Below, in pieces: positions 19,854-29,809 of a DNA stretch of 52,399 nt (position 1 is its first letter; each line of letters opens with the position of its first letter). The DNA is from an uncultured Gammaproteobacteria bacterium. GTDB lineage: Bacteria; Pseudomonadota; Gammaproteobacteria; Ga0077554; Ga007554. The notes under the pieces were generated by a model that was not told the origin of the DNA, made no database searches, and worked only from the letters and a program-made list of their open reading frames with translations. The DNA lies in contig CAMTYI010000043.1 in NCBI GenBank assembly GCA_947085925.1, forward strand, positions 1-52,399. Reading direction: 5' to 3'. Both the position numbers and the translations under genes were made by a program.

Positions 19854-20735
19854 ATGGAAGACAAGGAAAGTAAGGGCTGGAACATTATTGATTTGCTCAA
19901 GGCGTCGGGTGGTTTGCTGACCGCGATAGCGATAGCCCTGGTTGGTTATTACACCAACAATTCATTGGAGAGAATGAAAGCCAATGAAACGCGTTCTCAA
20001 CTCTATGCTGAATTAATGAGCAAGCGCGAAGAGGCGGAAAGCGCACTGCGTAAGGACATGTTTGTATCTATTCTTCAGTCCTTTCTTGATAAGGGCGCTG
20101 ATTCACTCGAAAAAAAGGTGCTCAATCTCGAATTACTCGCCTATAATTTTCATGAAGCACTCAATCTTAAACCGCTATTTCTGCATGTGGCCAAACAGAT
20201 AAATGCCAGCACGGACCCCGAAAAACTGGATTATCGGGAGCGACTGGAGCGCGTGGCCCATGATGTGGCGATGAAGCAGGTTACGGTGCTCGGCGGGGCG
20301 GGCAGCAGCTTTGACAGGGTTGTCGATTTGGAGGATTTACGTGCAAGCGACACAGGTGTTGGTGTCGCTTTGGACGAAGGAACGCTTGATGTGAATGGCA
20401 TCAAACGGACTTTCAGGATTCGCATTATCGAAGAAGACCCCGCAACGCGGGAGATGAAGGCCATGTTGACAGTTGCCACCCCTACAAAGGACGGCAAGGA
20501 AGATACCAGTGTCAGCGAATTCTGGGTGGGTTCGTTTGATTTTCCCATGATAGATAATGTGCGTCTGTTATCCGGACAACGTTGTGCGATAGTGATTAAC
20601 AGATACGATCAGAAAAGCGCCTACATTACCTTGGTCTATTTCCCAGGAAGCTATGCCGGCCTCAAGGAGAAGCCTTACTTTGATGAGGTAATGAGGCAGC
20701 TTCTCGGGAGTCCCCAAAAAAGCGCAGGGGTTTAG
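19854..20735 (+). CDS. hypothetical membrane-anchored protein (orphan)
   Basis: ATG at 19854 with AGGAG 6 nt upstream. One N-terminal TM helix (GGLLTAIAIALVGYY). Visibly more A/T-rich than its neighbours. I recognise no family. Confidence 0.5.
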   Translation: MEDKESKGWNIIDLLKASGGLLTAIAIALVGYYTNNSLERMKANETRSQLYAELMSKREEAESALRKDMFVSILQSFLDKGADSLEKKVLNLELLAYNFHEALNLKPLFLHVAKQINASTDPEKLDYRERLERVAHDVAMKQVTVLGGAGSSFDRVVDLEDLRASDTGVGVALDEGTLDVNGIKRTFRIRIIEEDPATREMKAMLTVATPTKDGKEDTSVSEFWVGSFDFPMIDNVRLLSGQRCAIVINRYDQKSAYITLVYFPGSYAGLKEKPYFDEVMRQLLGSPQKSAGV

Positions 20736-21565
20736 GATTTTTGTTTGTTCCCTTCCGCAAGCAAAAACTCATGCGGGATAATCAACCCTTCTGAACTTGT
20801 AAAGGCTTGCGCCAACGCCGCAACATCCTCCCTGACTTTATCTCTTTCCCCTTCAGCCAAGGCGTCGTATTGCATCTTCATGATGTCTGACTGCTCGACA
20901 ATATCCCAATAATCGTTAAACGATGGGAAGCGGTAATTGAACGTGTGTGCGTGTATCGTGAAATTTGTAAAACCCGCCTGCCGGAGGATATTATCCAGTG
21001 CGCCTGGTGCGCCCAATGAGGTGACCTTGGCGAGGGGAGGGTACTTTTCCGGCGGCACCCTGTCTTTGAAAACCTGATGTGCCCAACACAGTGTGGGCAT
21101 GTTTTCCGGCGTACTCCACACCGCGATACTGAAACGTCCTCCAGGCTTGAGGACGCGGTGCATCTCTCGCAATCCTTGCAGCGAATCCTCAAACAGCATT
21201 ACGCCAAAACGGCACATGATCTTGTCGAAAGCGCTGTCGTCGAAGAGCAGTTTTTCTGCTGCCATATGCTGAAACTGAATATGTGGCAGGTTTTCCTGTG
21301 TCGCTTTTTTTTGAGCTACTTTTACCATCGCTTCTGCGGCATCGGTTCCCGTGATTGTCAGGGTGTTGCCCATGCGTCGCGCTAGGGTCAATGCCGGTTC
21401 GCCAGTGCCGGAAGCAACATCCAGTATGACGTCGCCAGTCTGGGCATTGAGTGCCGCCAATAATGCCTCGCCAACAGGTGCGAGCTGAGGTAGCCATAGA
21501 TCAAACTTTTCGGCGATGCGGCTCCAGTCGGGTTGGTTATCTGCTGAAGGGGTGTCACTGCTCAT
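20732..21565 (-). CDS. class I SAM-dependent methyltransferase
   Basis: 277 aa. Motif I VLDVASGTGEPALTLA; Methyltransf_11-like. Confidence 0.8.
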   Translation of the reverse strand: MSSDTPSADNQPDWSRIAEKFDLWLPQLAPVGEALLAALNAQTGDVILDVASGTGEPALTLARRMGNTLTITGTDAAEAMVKVAQKKATQENLPHIQFQHMAAEKLLFDDSAFDKIMCRFGVMLFEDSLQGLREMHRVLKPGGRFSIAVWSTPENMPTLCWAHQVFKDRVPPEKYPPLAKVTSLGAPGALDNILRQAGFTNFTIHAHTFNYRFPSFNDYWDIVEQSDIMKMQYDALAEGERDKVREDVAALAQAFTSSEGLIIPHEFLLAEGNKQKS

Positions 21566-21941
21566 GCGCGTCTCTCAGTGCAGATAATTCCCGGTTCAGC
21601 AACGCTGTGTCACCCAGATTCAGCTCCACAAAACGCCGCAAATGCGCAATGCTGTCAATATCGATGTGGGTACAACGCAACCCTATTTGTCCTGTTGCCA
21701 CATGAACAGCCACAACCTCCATGTGAATGGCGATATCATTACCTGCGAGGTGAATATGCAGCAAACACGGCTCACCCGTGGTATCTGCCCAGTCTGCTGG
21801 CCGTTGCATCAAGGCCCCATGCAGCGAGAGGTCGATCAATCTGCTGCGCCAACGGCCACTGGAGCTGGATAACTCTGCTTCAGCGTCGAATGGAATGCGT
21901 TTGAAATGACGCCGTTCATCATGGCTATTTTCTTGAGTCAT
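21555..21941 (-). CDS. PilZ domain protein (putative c-di-GMP receptor)
   Basis: I chose the internal ATG at 21941, 4 nt after the dapE stop. RRHFKR and DLSLHGAL match the RxxxR and D/NxSxxG PilZ motifs. Confidence 0.7.
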   Translation of the reverse strand: MTQENSHDERRHFKRIPFDAEAELSSSSGRWRSRLIDLSLHGALMQRPADWADTTGEPCLLHIHLAGNDIAIHMEVVAVHVATGQIGLRCTHIDIDSIAHLRRFVELNLGDTALLNRELSALRDAHEQ

Positions 21942-21945
21942 TGCA

Positions 21946-23817
<1,872 letters not shown>

Positions 23818-24075
23818 ATTTTTTGTCTGCCGCAATGTTAATGCAGCAATTGTATAATATCCGACGATAAAGTGATTTAAAGTCACTACTGTCTGGAGAT
23901 TTCCGGGCTAAGTCGCGGGGTCAAACGCGATTTTGACCCCGCCGTTGCTCGGTTAGACTGTCAGAGAACCCCACTTTGATGATGACAATGCGGTGAGAAT
24001 GGCGCACTATGGCCTACTGTCCCGGCCCATGTTAATGTTAGCTTTCATCAATCATTAAATAGGGAAGATGCCGCC

Positions 24076-24429
24076 ATGGCCGCTATCGAGCTGACGAAGG
24101 AAAACTTTGCGGATGTTGCCGCTGCCAACGACATCGTGATGGTCGATTTTTGGGCGCCCTGGTGTGGACCGTGCCGCTCTTTTGCGCCTGTTTATGAACA
24201 GGTCTCCGCCGAATACCCGAACATTGTCTTCGGCAAAATAAATACCGAGATTGAGCAGGAGCTGTCTGAACATTTCGAGATCCGTTCCATACCCACCTTG
24301 ATGGCGATTCGCGAACAGGTGGTGATTTTTTCGCAGGCGGGTGCTGTGCCCGCCGCCGCGCTGCATGACATCATCGGCAGGGTTCAGGCTTTGGATATGG
24401 CGGAGGTGCATAAGGAAATCACCCGCTAG
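24076..24429 (+). CDS. thioredoxin family protein
   Basis: 117 aa with the WAPWCGPC active site. Confidence 0.85.
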   Translation: MAAIELTKENFADVAAANDIVMVDFWAPWCGPCRSFAPVYEQVSAEYPNIVFGKINTEIEQELSEHFEIRSIPTLMAIREQVVIFSQAGAVPAAALHDIIGRVQALDMAEVHKEITR

Positions 24430-24534
24430 AAGCGCTTGTCCATACTGCCATTCCTCCCCGCCTGAATAGCCTGTCACGCCGTCATTTTGCGCAGCAAAGC
24501 GGCTAAACCAAGAAAAAAATAAAGGAATTCACTC

Positions 24535-25917
24535 ATGGCTGATCCCCGCCGCGACCACGCCACGCTAAAAGATAAACACCTCGCGGCACCGTGGGAGCAT
24601 GTCTTCGAGCGCATCACCACTCCCTTCGAGCGATTTATCCATAATCAAACCAGTGCCGGTCTGCTGCTTATGGTGGTCGCATTGCTCGCGCTCCTGCTGG
24701 CCAATTCGCCCTGGAGCACAGCCTACGAACATCTGCTGCATATGCCCTTGTCTTTGCGTGTGGGGGAGTGGTCGCTCGAATACTCACTGCAACATTGGGT
24801 TAACGATGGACTCATGGCCTTGTTCTTCTTCCTGGTGGGCCTGGAGATCAAGCGTGAGCTGCTTGTTGGCGAGCTTGCATCGGTGCGCAAAGCCGCCTTG
24901 CCTATCGTCGCGGCTGTGGGGGGGATGGTAGTGCCGGCGACGATTTATTTCTTTATTAACCCCGAGGGCGATGCCGCGCGTGGCTGGGGTATTCCCATGG
25001 CTACCGATATCGCCTTTGCCGTGGGCGCATTGGTGCTGCTGGGTAGGCGCATTCCCAGAAATTTGATCATATTCCTCGCGGCGCTGGCCATTGTGGACGA
25101 CCTTGGCGCGGTGGTGGTGATTGCCTTGTTCTATACTGACGATCTCGCGTTGATACCGCTTGCCTGGGCGGGTGCGTTGCTCGCCGTACTGGTAGCCCTC
25201 AATCTGGGTGGCGTGCGTCGGCCGCTGCCCTATTTCCTGGCCGGTATTCTCATGTGGTTCGCCATGTTGCTATCAGGTATACACGCCACCGTCGCGGGCG
25301 TGTTGCTGGCTTTCACCATCCCCACGCGCCCGCAATACCACCCGGAGCACTTTAGCGGCCATGTGCGCAAACTCATGGATCGTTATGACCACGCCAGGCA
25401 GCCCGGCGTGAGTCTCTTGGAGAACCAGGAGCAAGCCGCCATCGTGCAAGCTTTGGAGGCTGGCGTCGAGCGGGTGCAACCCCCGCTTGCGCGGCTGGAG
25501 CGTGCGTTTCACCTGCCCGTGGCGCTGCTGGTCATTCCCGTGTTTGCCCTGTTCAATGCCGGCATTCCTATTGAATTCGCAACCCTGGCGGCTACTTTGA
25601 GCCATCCCGTAACCTTTGGTGTCATGTCCGGTCTGTTGATAGGTAAATTCCTGGGCATCACAGGATTCTCCTACCTGGCCTCGCGCTATTTCGGCGCTGC
25701 ATTGCCCGCAGGTGTGAACATGCGCCATATTATCGGCGTGGGCCTGCTCGGTGGCATCGGTTTTACCATGTCCATATTTATTGGTGAGCTGGCGTTTGCG
25801 GCGCTGCCGGAACATCTGCTGATGGCCAAGACCGGCATTCTTGCAGCCTCACTGGCTGCGGGCACGCTGGGATATGCCTGGTTATTGTGGGCGACACGCC
25901 GCGATGTTTCCCCATGA
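24535..25917 (+). CDS. nhaA: Na+/H+ antiporter NhaA (long form)
   Basis: 460 aa polytopic. WVNDGLMALFFFLVGLEIKRE and IVDDLGAV motifs. Confidence 0.9.
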   Translation: MADPRRDHATLKDKHLAAPWEHVFERITTPFERFIHNQTSAGLLLMVVALLALLLANSPWSTAYEHLLHMPLSLRVGEWSLEYSLQHWVNDGLMALFFFLVGLEIKRELLVGELASVRKAALPIVAAVGGMVVPATIYFFINPEGDAARGWGIPMATDIAFAVGALVLLGRRIPRNLIIFLAALAIVDDLGAVVVIALFYTDDLALIPLAWAGALLAVLVALNLGGVRRPLPYFLAGILMWFAMLLSGIHATVAGVLLAFTIPTRPQYHPEHFSGHVRKLMDRYDHARQPGVSLLENQEQAAIVQALEAGVERVQPPLARLERAFHLPVALLVIPVFALFNAGIPIEFATLAATLSHPVTFGVMSGLLIGKFLGITGFSYLASRYFGAALPAGVNMRHIIGVGLLGGIGFTMSIFIGELAFAALPEHLLMAKTGILAASLAAGTLGYAWLLWATRRDVSP

Positions 25918-25961
25918 GATCGTGCATGATCCGCTGACCAAATACCCAGTCTGCAGGTATA

Positions 25962-26030
25962 CTTTAGGGGCCGTTCCCACCATTCCAAATGTACAGATTA
26001 CAATGAACGACGGTTTAGCCCCACAATAAA
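25962..26030 (+). repeat. intergenic repeat family 2, copy 1 (about 70 nt)
   Basis: The 31-nt core CCATTCCAAATGTACAGATTACAATGAACGA (25980-26010) matches the reverse complement of 52321-52351 exactly. The flanks (AGGGGCCGT..., ...TTAG) are also similar. Confidence 0.7.
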
Positions 26031-26059
26031 CAAACAATCTACAAAACGAGGCGTAGTTA

Positions 26060-27172
26060 ATGACTGTTTATCACGGTGAGATGGAGTATTCCCATGGCAC
26101 TTTGCCGGTCACTGGCATACTGATCACCAATCTTGGCACACCCGATGCGCCCACTGCACAGGCGGTGCGTCGTTATCTGGGTGAGTTTTTGTGGGATCCG
26201 CGCATTGTGGAAATCCCGCGCCCGCTGTGGTGGCTGATCCTGCATGGTGTGATCCTGCGCACCCGCCCTAAACGCTCGGCACATGCTTATCAGAAGGTAT
26301 GGACCGACGAGGGTTCTCCATTGCTTGCGATTTCGCGCAAGCAGGCCGCGGCGCTGCAAAATCTGCTGGAGAAGCAGTTCGGCGGGCCGGTCAAGGTGGC
26401 GCTGGGGATGCGTTATGGCACCCCCTCCATCGCCGATGGTTTGGCGGAGCTGCGCACTGCCAACGCACGCCGCATTCTGGTGTTGCCGCTTTATCCTCAA
26501 TATGCGGCGTCAACCACGGCCTCCACCTTCGATGCCGTGGCCGATGTGCTCAAGACCTGGCGCCGGATACCCGAGGTGCGCATGGTCAACCATTATCATG
26601 ACGATCCTGCTTATATCAACGCCCTGGTGAGCAGCATCCGTGAGAGTTGGGAGAAACATGGCCAGGCCGAACGCCTGTTGTTTTCCTTTCATGGCATACC
26701 TAAACGCTGCTTGCTGGCGGGCGATCCCTATCATTGCGAATGTCACAAGACGGCGCGACGGGTGGCAGAGCAGCTCCAATTGCCCGCCGACCGTTGGCAA
26801 CTGGCGTTTCAATCGCGCTTTGGCCGCGAGGAGTGGTTGAAGCCCTATACCGATAAAACCCTGGAGGCCTGGGGTAAGGCAGGTGTGAAAAGCGTGGACA
26901 TAGTATGCCCCGGCTTTTCCGCCGATTGCCTGGAGACACTGGAAGAAATGGCTATGCTGAATCGCGGCGTATTTCTTGAGGCGGGCGGAGAGAAATACCA
27001 TTACATCCCGGCGTTGAACGACCGTGATGATCACATGCAGGCACTCGCTGATCTGGTGAAGAAACACACCCAAGGCTGGCCTGAGGTTGATGCTGAGTGG
27101 AATGCAACGCACCATGCCGTGGAAGCTGAAGCCAGCCGCCGTCGCGCGTTGGAAATGGGGGCGGCGCGTTAG
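26060..27172 (+). CDS. hemH: ferrochelatase
   Basis: 370 aa. GILITNLGTPDAP, LPLYPQYAASTT and FSFHGIP motifs. Confidence 0.9.
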   Translation: MTVYHGEMEYSHGTLPVTGILITNLGTPDAPTAQAVRRYLGEFLWDPRIVEIPRPLWWLILHGVILRTRPKRSAHAYQKVWTDEGSPLLAISRKQAAALQNLLEKQFGGPVKVALGMRYGTPSIADGLAELRTANARRILVLPLYPQYAASTTASTFDAVADVLKTWRRIPEVRMVNHYHDDPAYINALVSSIRESWEKHGQAERLLFSFHGIPKRCLLAGDPYHCECHKTARRVAEQLQLPADRWQLAFQSRFGREEWLKPYTDKTLEAWGKAGVKSVDIVCPGFSADCLETLEEMAMLNRGVFLEAGGEKYHYIPALNDRDDHMQALADLVKKHTQGWPEVDAEWNATHHAVEAEASRRRALEMGAAR

Positions 27173-27214
27173 ATATGATAAGGGTATAGGTTGGAGGGGT
27201 ATGGAGCGGTGAAG

Positions 27215-27256
27215 TGTTGGGCTTCATAGGTTCAGCGTCAACCTACGAAGCCAACA
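27215..27256. terminator. REP-like hairpin between convergent hemH and the PEP-CTERM gene (possible bidirectional terminator)
   Basis: TGTTGGGCTTCATAGGTT-loop-AACCTACGAAGCCAACA. About 17 bp of imperfect stem. No clear U-tract. Confidence 0.5.
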
Positions 27257-27259
27257 ACT

Positions 27260-28033
27260 TTATTGCGCCTTAGCTTTGCGGCGGGCAAACCCAAGACCAA
27301 CTAGGCCCATGCCCATTAACGCGAGGGTTGCTGGCTCTGGAACTGATTCGCTACGGAAAGCAGAACCCCAAGCATCTACTAGACCTTGACTGCCATAGTT
27401 GACAATAAAACTTCCGGCGCCGGTGGTGGTATCAAGGCCAATGACAGATGTTCCTGTGATACCATAGAGATTAATGTTGTTGTCGGTCGCCAGGCCGTAA
27501 ACAGCAGAATAGCCGATGTTACCGATTAGTGAGCCGAACCCGGTCGAGGTGTTAAGCTCCACCAGCGTGTCACCGACGCTGCTCAAATACAATTTGTTAT
27601 TAATAAAAGCCAAATCGCCCGAGGAGTTGTAGGCAGCGCCACCGTTACCGATCAAGGTGGCAAGGCCAGAGCTTGTGTTGACGCTGTACAATGAGCTGTT
27701 TGCGGCATACAGGGTGCCAGTTGAATCGAACACAAGCGAATTGGCAGAAGTACCCAAGTTGCCGATGAGCGTAGTGGTCGCTGTAGCCTGATTGATAGAG
27801 TACAAGCTGCCAAAAGTGATCCCGTAAAGATTGCCACTTGGATCAAAAGCGATATCGGTCATCGCTTGGCCCATGTTGCCGACGACGTTTACCGTGCCGG
27901 AAGCGACATCAACGGTTCCCAGGTTGCCTTGCGAATCTCCTACCCAGAGGATTGGTGCGGCCGATGCGGTAGCACTCAATGCTGCCGCCAGTGTCAGCGC
28001 CGCGATGTGAAGCGACTTGCTAATGAAGTTCAT
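27260..28033 (-). CDS. PEP-CTERM sorting-domain protein with internal beta-propeller-like repeats
   Basis: 257 aa. Signal peptide, 4-5 repeats of about 45 aa (..G.LY.I/V...TG..T.IGN.G..) and the C-terminal VPEPATLALMGMGLVGLGFARRKA motif. AAGGAG RBS. Confidence 0.85.
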   Translation of the reverse strand: MNFISKSLHIAALTLAAALSATASAAPILWVGDSQGNLGTVDVASGTVNVVGNMGQAMTDIAFDPSGNLYGITFGSLYSINQATATTTLIGNLGTSANSLVFDSTGTLYAANSSLYSVNTSSGLATLIGNGGAAYNSSGDLAFINNKLYLSSVGDTLVELNTSTGFGSLIGNIGYSAVYGLATDNNINLYGITGTSVIGLDTTTGAGSFIVNYGSQGLVDAWGSAFRSESVPEPATLALMGMGLVGLGFARRKAKAQ

Positions 28034-28054
28034 TCAAAATACTCCTTGCTGTTA

Positions 28055-28078
28055 ATTGCGGATCCCATAATCCGCAAT
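28055..28078 (-). promoter_or_regulatory. 5'-UTR stem-loop next to the SD of the PEP-CTERM gene
   Basis: ATTGCGGAT-N6-ATCCGCAAT, a perfect 9-bp stem. It begins about where the sigma-54 transcript is predicted to start and ends 6 nt before AAGGAG. Confidence 0.55.
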
Positions 28079-28085
28079 CCAAGTA

Positions 28086-28101
28086 AGCAAAATTCATGCC
28101 A
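28086..28101 (-). promoter_or_regulatory. sigma-54 (-24/-12) promoter
   Basis: The minus strand reads TGGCATGAATTTTGCT against the consensus TGGCACG-N4-TTGCW (one mismatch). It lies 53 nt upstream of the ATG at 28033. Confidence 0.65.
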
Positions 28102-28301
28102 AATTATTTAATTCTCTTAATAAACATTATGTTATAGAATTTTTCGAATTTTTTATGCTGCTTTTAACCAAAACACCATTTAGATGTGTAAAGTTTGCCG
28201 ACAATTTTGGTAAGAGTTTGACCCGGAAGAAAATGAAAAATGGCGTTATTTACGTATTAAGTTTTTATTTATCAATATATTAATATTTTTGTAGGGAGTG
28301 T

Positions 28302-28387
28302 AAAAAAAACCGACAGCGTGCGGGTAAGAATCGGGAAGGCACTAGCCCCCGCCCCCCCGAACCCGTGCAGGTAGCTCTTCCGCACGC
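28302..28387 (-). terminator. orphan terminator-like structure (long imperfect hairpin with a G-rich loop plus T8)
   Basis: Minus strand: GCGTGCGG...GGAAG..GCAC-[GGGTTCGGGGGGGCGGGGGCTA]-GTGC..CTTCC...CCGCACGC, then TGTCGG and TTTTTTTT (forward A8 at 28302-28309). No annotated minus-strand gene lies upstream of it. Confidence 0.45.
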
Positions 28388-28538
28388 GGCTCTATAGCCC
28401 TGAATTAAATGAAGCCCAATAATTGAGGGCGATGATATTATTGAAGCGCGAATGGTGTTTTTTATTGATGGTGGATCATATACGTAGTGGTGGATATTGG
28501 CTTGATACATTAAGAAGCAAAATTAAATCAGGAAAATA

Positions 28539-29624
28539 ATGTTTTACGAACTTATTAAACCCGCTTTTTTCCGCATTGACCCGGAACAGGCCCATGACCT
28601 TGTTATGGGTTGGATGGAGAAGACCGGCCCTTGCCGTGTAACGCGTGGTATTGCGAAATCCATTTATTATCTGGAAGATTCACTGCTCACCCAAACCCTG
28701 TGGGGGCTGCGCTTTGGCAATCCGGTGGGCATGGCCGCCGGGTTCGATAAAAATGCCCGCGCCATTCAGGGGCTGACGGCACTGGGTTTTGGTTTTATTG
28801 AAATCGGCACGGTTACACCGCGCGCCCAGCCTGGCAACCCCAGGCCGCGCATTTTCCGTCTGCCTGCGGACCATGCCGTAATCAACCGCATGGGTTTTCC
28901 CAACGAGGGCGCCGATGCTGTGGCGACGCGTATGGCGGCGCTGGGTGAGCAGCCTGTTCCGATAGGCATTAATCTCGGCAAGAACAAAGACACCGCGCTG
29001 GAAGATGCCGCTGCCGATTATGTTGCGGCATTGGAAAAACTTTTCCCTTACGGTGACTATTGTGTCGTTAATGTCAGCTCGCCAAATACACCTGGACTAC
29101 GCTTATTGCAGGGCGCCGATTATCTGGAAACATTGATGGCCGAGGTGCAGGCCGCCAACCGGCGCCTCGCCGCGCAGCATGGCCGCCAACCCTTGCCCTG
29201 CCTGCTCAAAATCGCACCCGATCTCGCCCGCGAAGACCTCGAAGCCATAGCCACGCTGGCGCTGGGTCCTACCATCGACGGCCTTATCGCCACCAACACC
29301 ACGCTGAGCCGCGAGGGACTTGCTCAGTCTGTGAATGAAGCCGGAGGGTTAAGTGGTGCGCCGCTGCGTGCACGCAGCACGGAGGTGATTCGCACGTTGT
29401 ATCGCATCACCGGCAAACAGGTGCCCATTATCGGCGTCGGCGGGATAGCCAGCGGTCAGGATGCCTATGAGAAAATCCGCGCCGGGGCCAGCCTGGTACA
29501 AATATACACCGCGTTTATCTATGAGGGGCCAGCGATTGCGCGGCGTATCAAGGCAGAACTCATAGAACTGCTGCGCCGCGATGGGATAGACCATATTAGC
29601 TCGGCGATTGGGAGGGATGTTTAA
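28539..29624 (+). CDS. pyrD: dihydroorotate dehydrogenase (quinone), class 2
   Basis: 361 aa. [10 protein letters not shown] and [11 protein letters not shown] motifs. Confidence 0.9.
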   Translation: MFYELIKPAFFRIDPEQAHDLVMGWMEKTGPCRVTRGIAKSIYYLEDSLLTQTLWGLRFGNPVGMAAGFDKNARAIQGLTALGFGFIEIGTVTPRAQPGNPRPRIFRLPADHAVINRMGFPNEGADAVATRMAALGEQPVPIGINLGKNKDTALEDAAADYVAALEKLFPYGDYCVVNVSSPNTPGLRLLQGADYLETLMAEVQAANRRLAAQHGRQPLPCLLKIAPDLAREDLEAIATLALGPTIDGLIATNTTLSREGLAQSVNEAGGLSGAPLRARSTEVIRTLYRITGKQVPIIGVGGIASGQDAYEKIRAGASLVQIYTAFIYEGPAIARRIKAELIELLRRDGIDHISSAIGRDV

Positions 29625-29641
29625 ACTTTAAAACCTTTTTT

Positions 29642-29771
29642 GTCCACGAAATTCAATAAAAACACGAAAGAAAACAAAAACATGGATTGTCGCAACAATT
29701 CGCCGGATGGGTAATAAGTAACACGCAATATGCACCTGAATATTTTCGTGAATTTCGTGTCTTTCGTGGAC
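29642..29771 (+). mobile_element. MITE-like repeat family 1 (CACGAAA-heptad element), copy A
   Basis: Terminal inverted repeats GTCCACGAAA / TTTCGTGGAC. CACGAAA at 29645 and 29663; TTTCGTG at 29744, 29753 and 29762 (9-nt phasing). The 23-nt core ATATGCACCTGAATATTTTCGTG equals the reverse complement of 50369-50391. Confidence 0.7.
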
Positions 29772-29809
29772 GGCACGTAATATCAAATCGTTAACCTCAA
29801 GGTACAGTA

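Noticed and set aside
16432-20735. Whether the TM protein, IS remnant and orphan gene together form a known defence system (for example a Kiwa-like TM protein plus partner).
   Set aside because: The genes are on different strands and separated by housekeeping ldt/mepK genes. There are no nuclease, ATPase, TIR, SIR2, reverse-transcriptase or DUF4868-like motifs.
28316-28387. The structured element considered as SRP (4.5S) RNA or 6S RNA.
   Set aside because: It lacks the conserved SRP domain IV sequence (GGAAGGAAGCAGC-type) and the size and bubble architecture of 6S. I keep it only as an unclassified terminator-like or sRNA candidate.
28280-28510. A 76-aa minus-strand ORF in the pyrD / PEP-CTERM intergenic region.
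   Set aside because: It reads straight through the hairpin and poly-G region, has no RBS, and its composition is implausible.
29642-29771. Regularly spaced short repeats that might be a CRISPR array.
   Set aside because: The repeats are only 7 nt at 9-nt phasing, three to five copies, with no spacers of CRISPR size. They form the arms of an inverted-repeat element instead. No cas genes are in the window.
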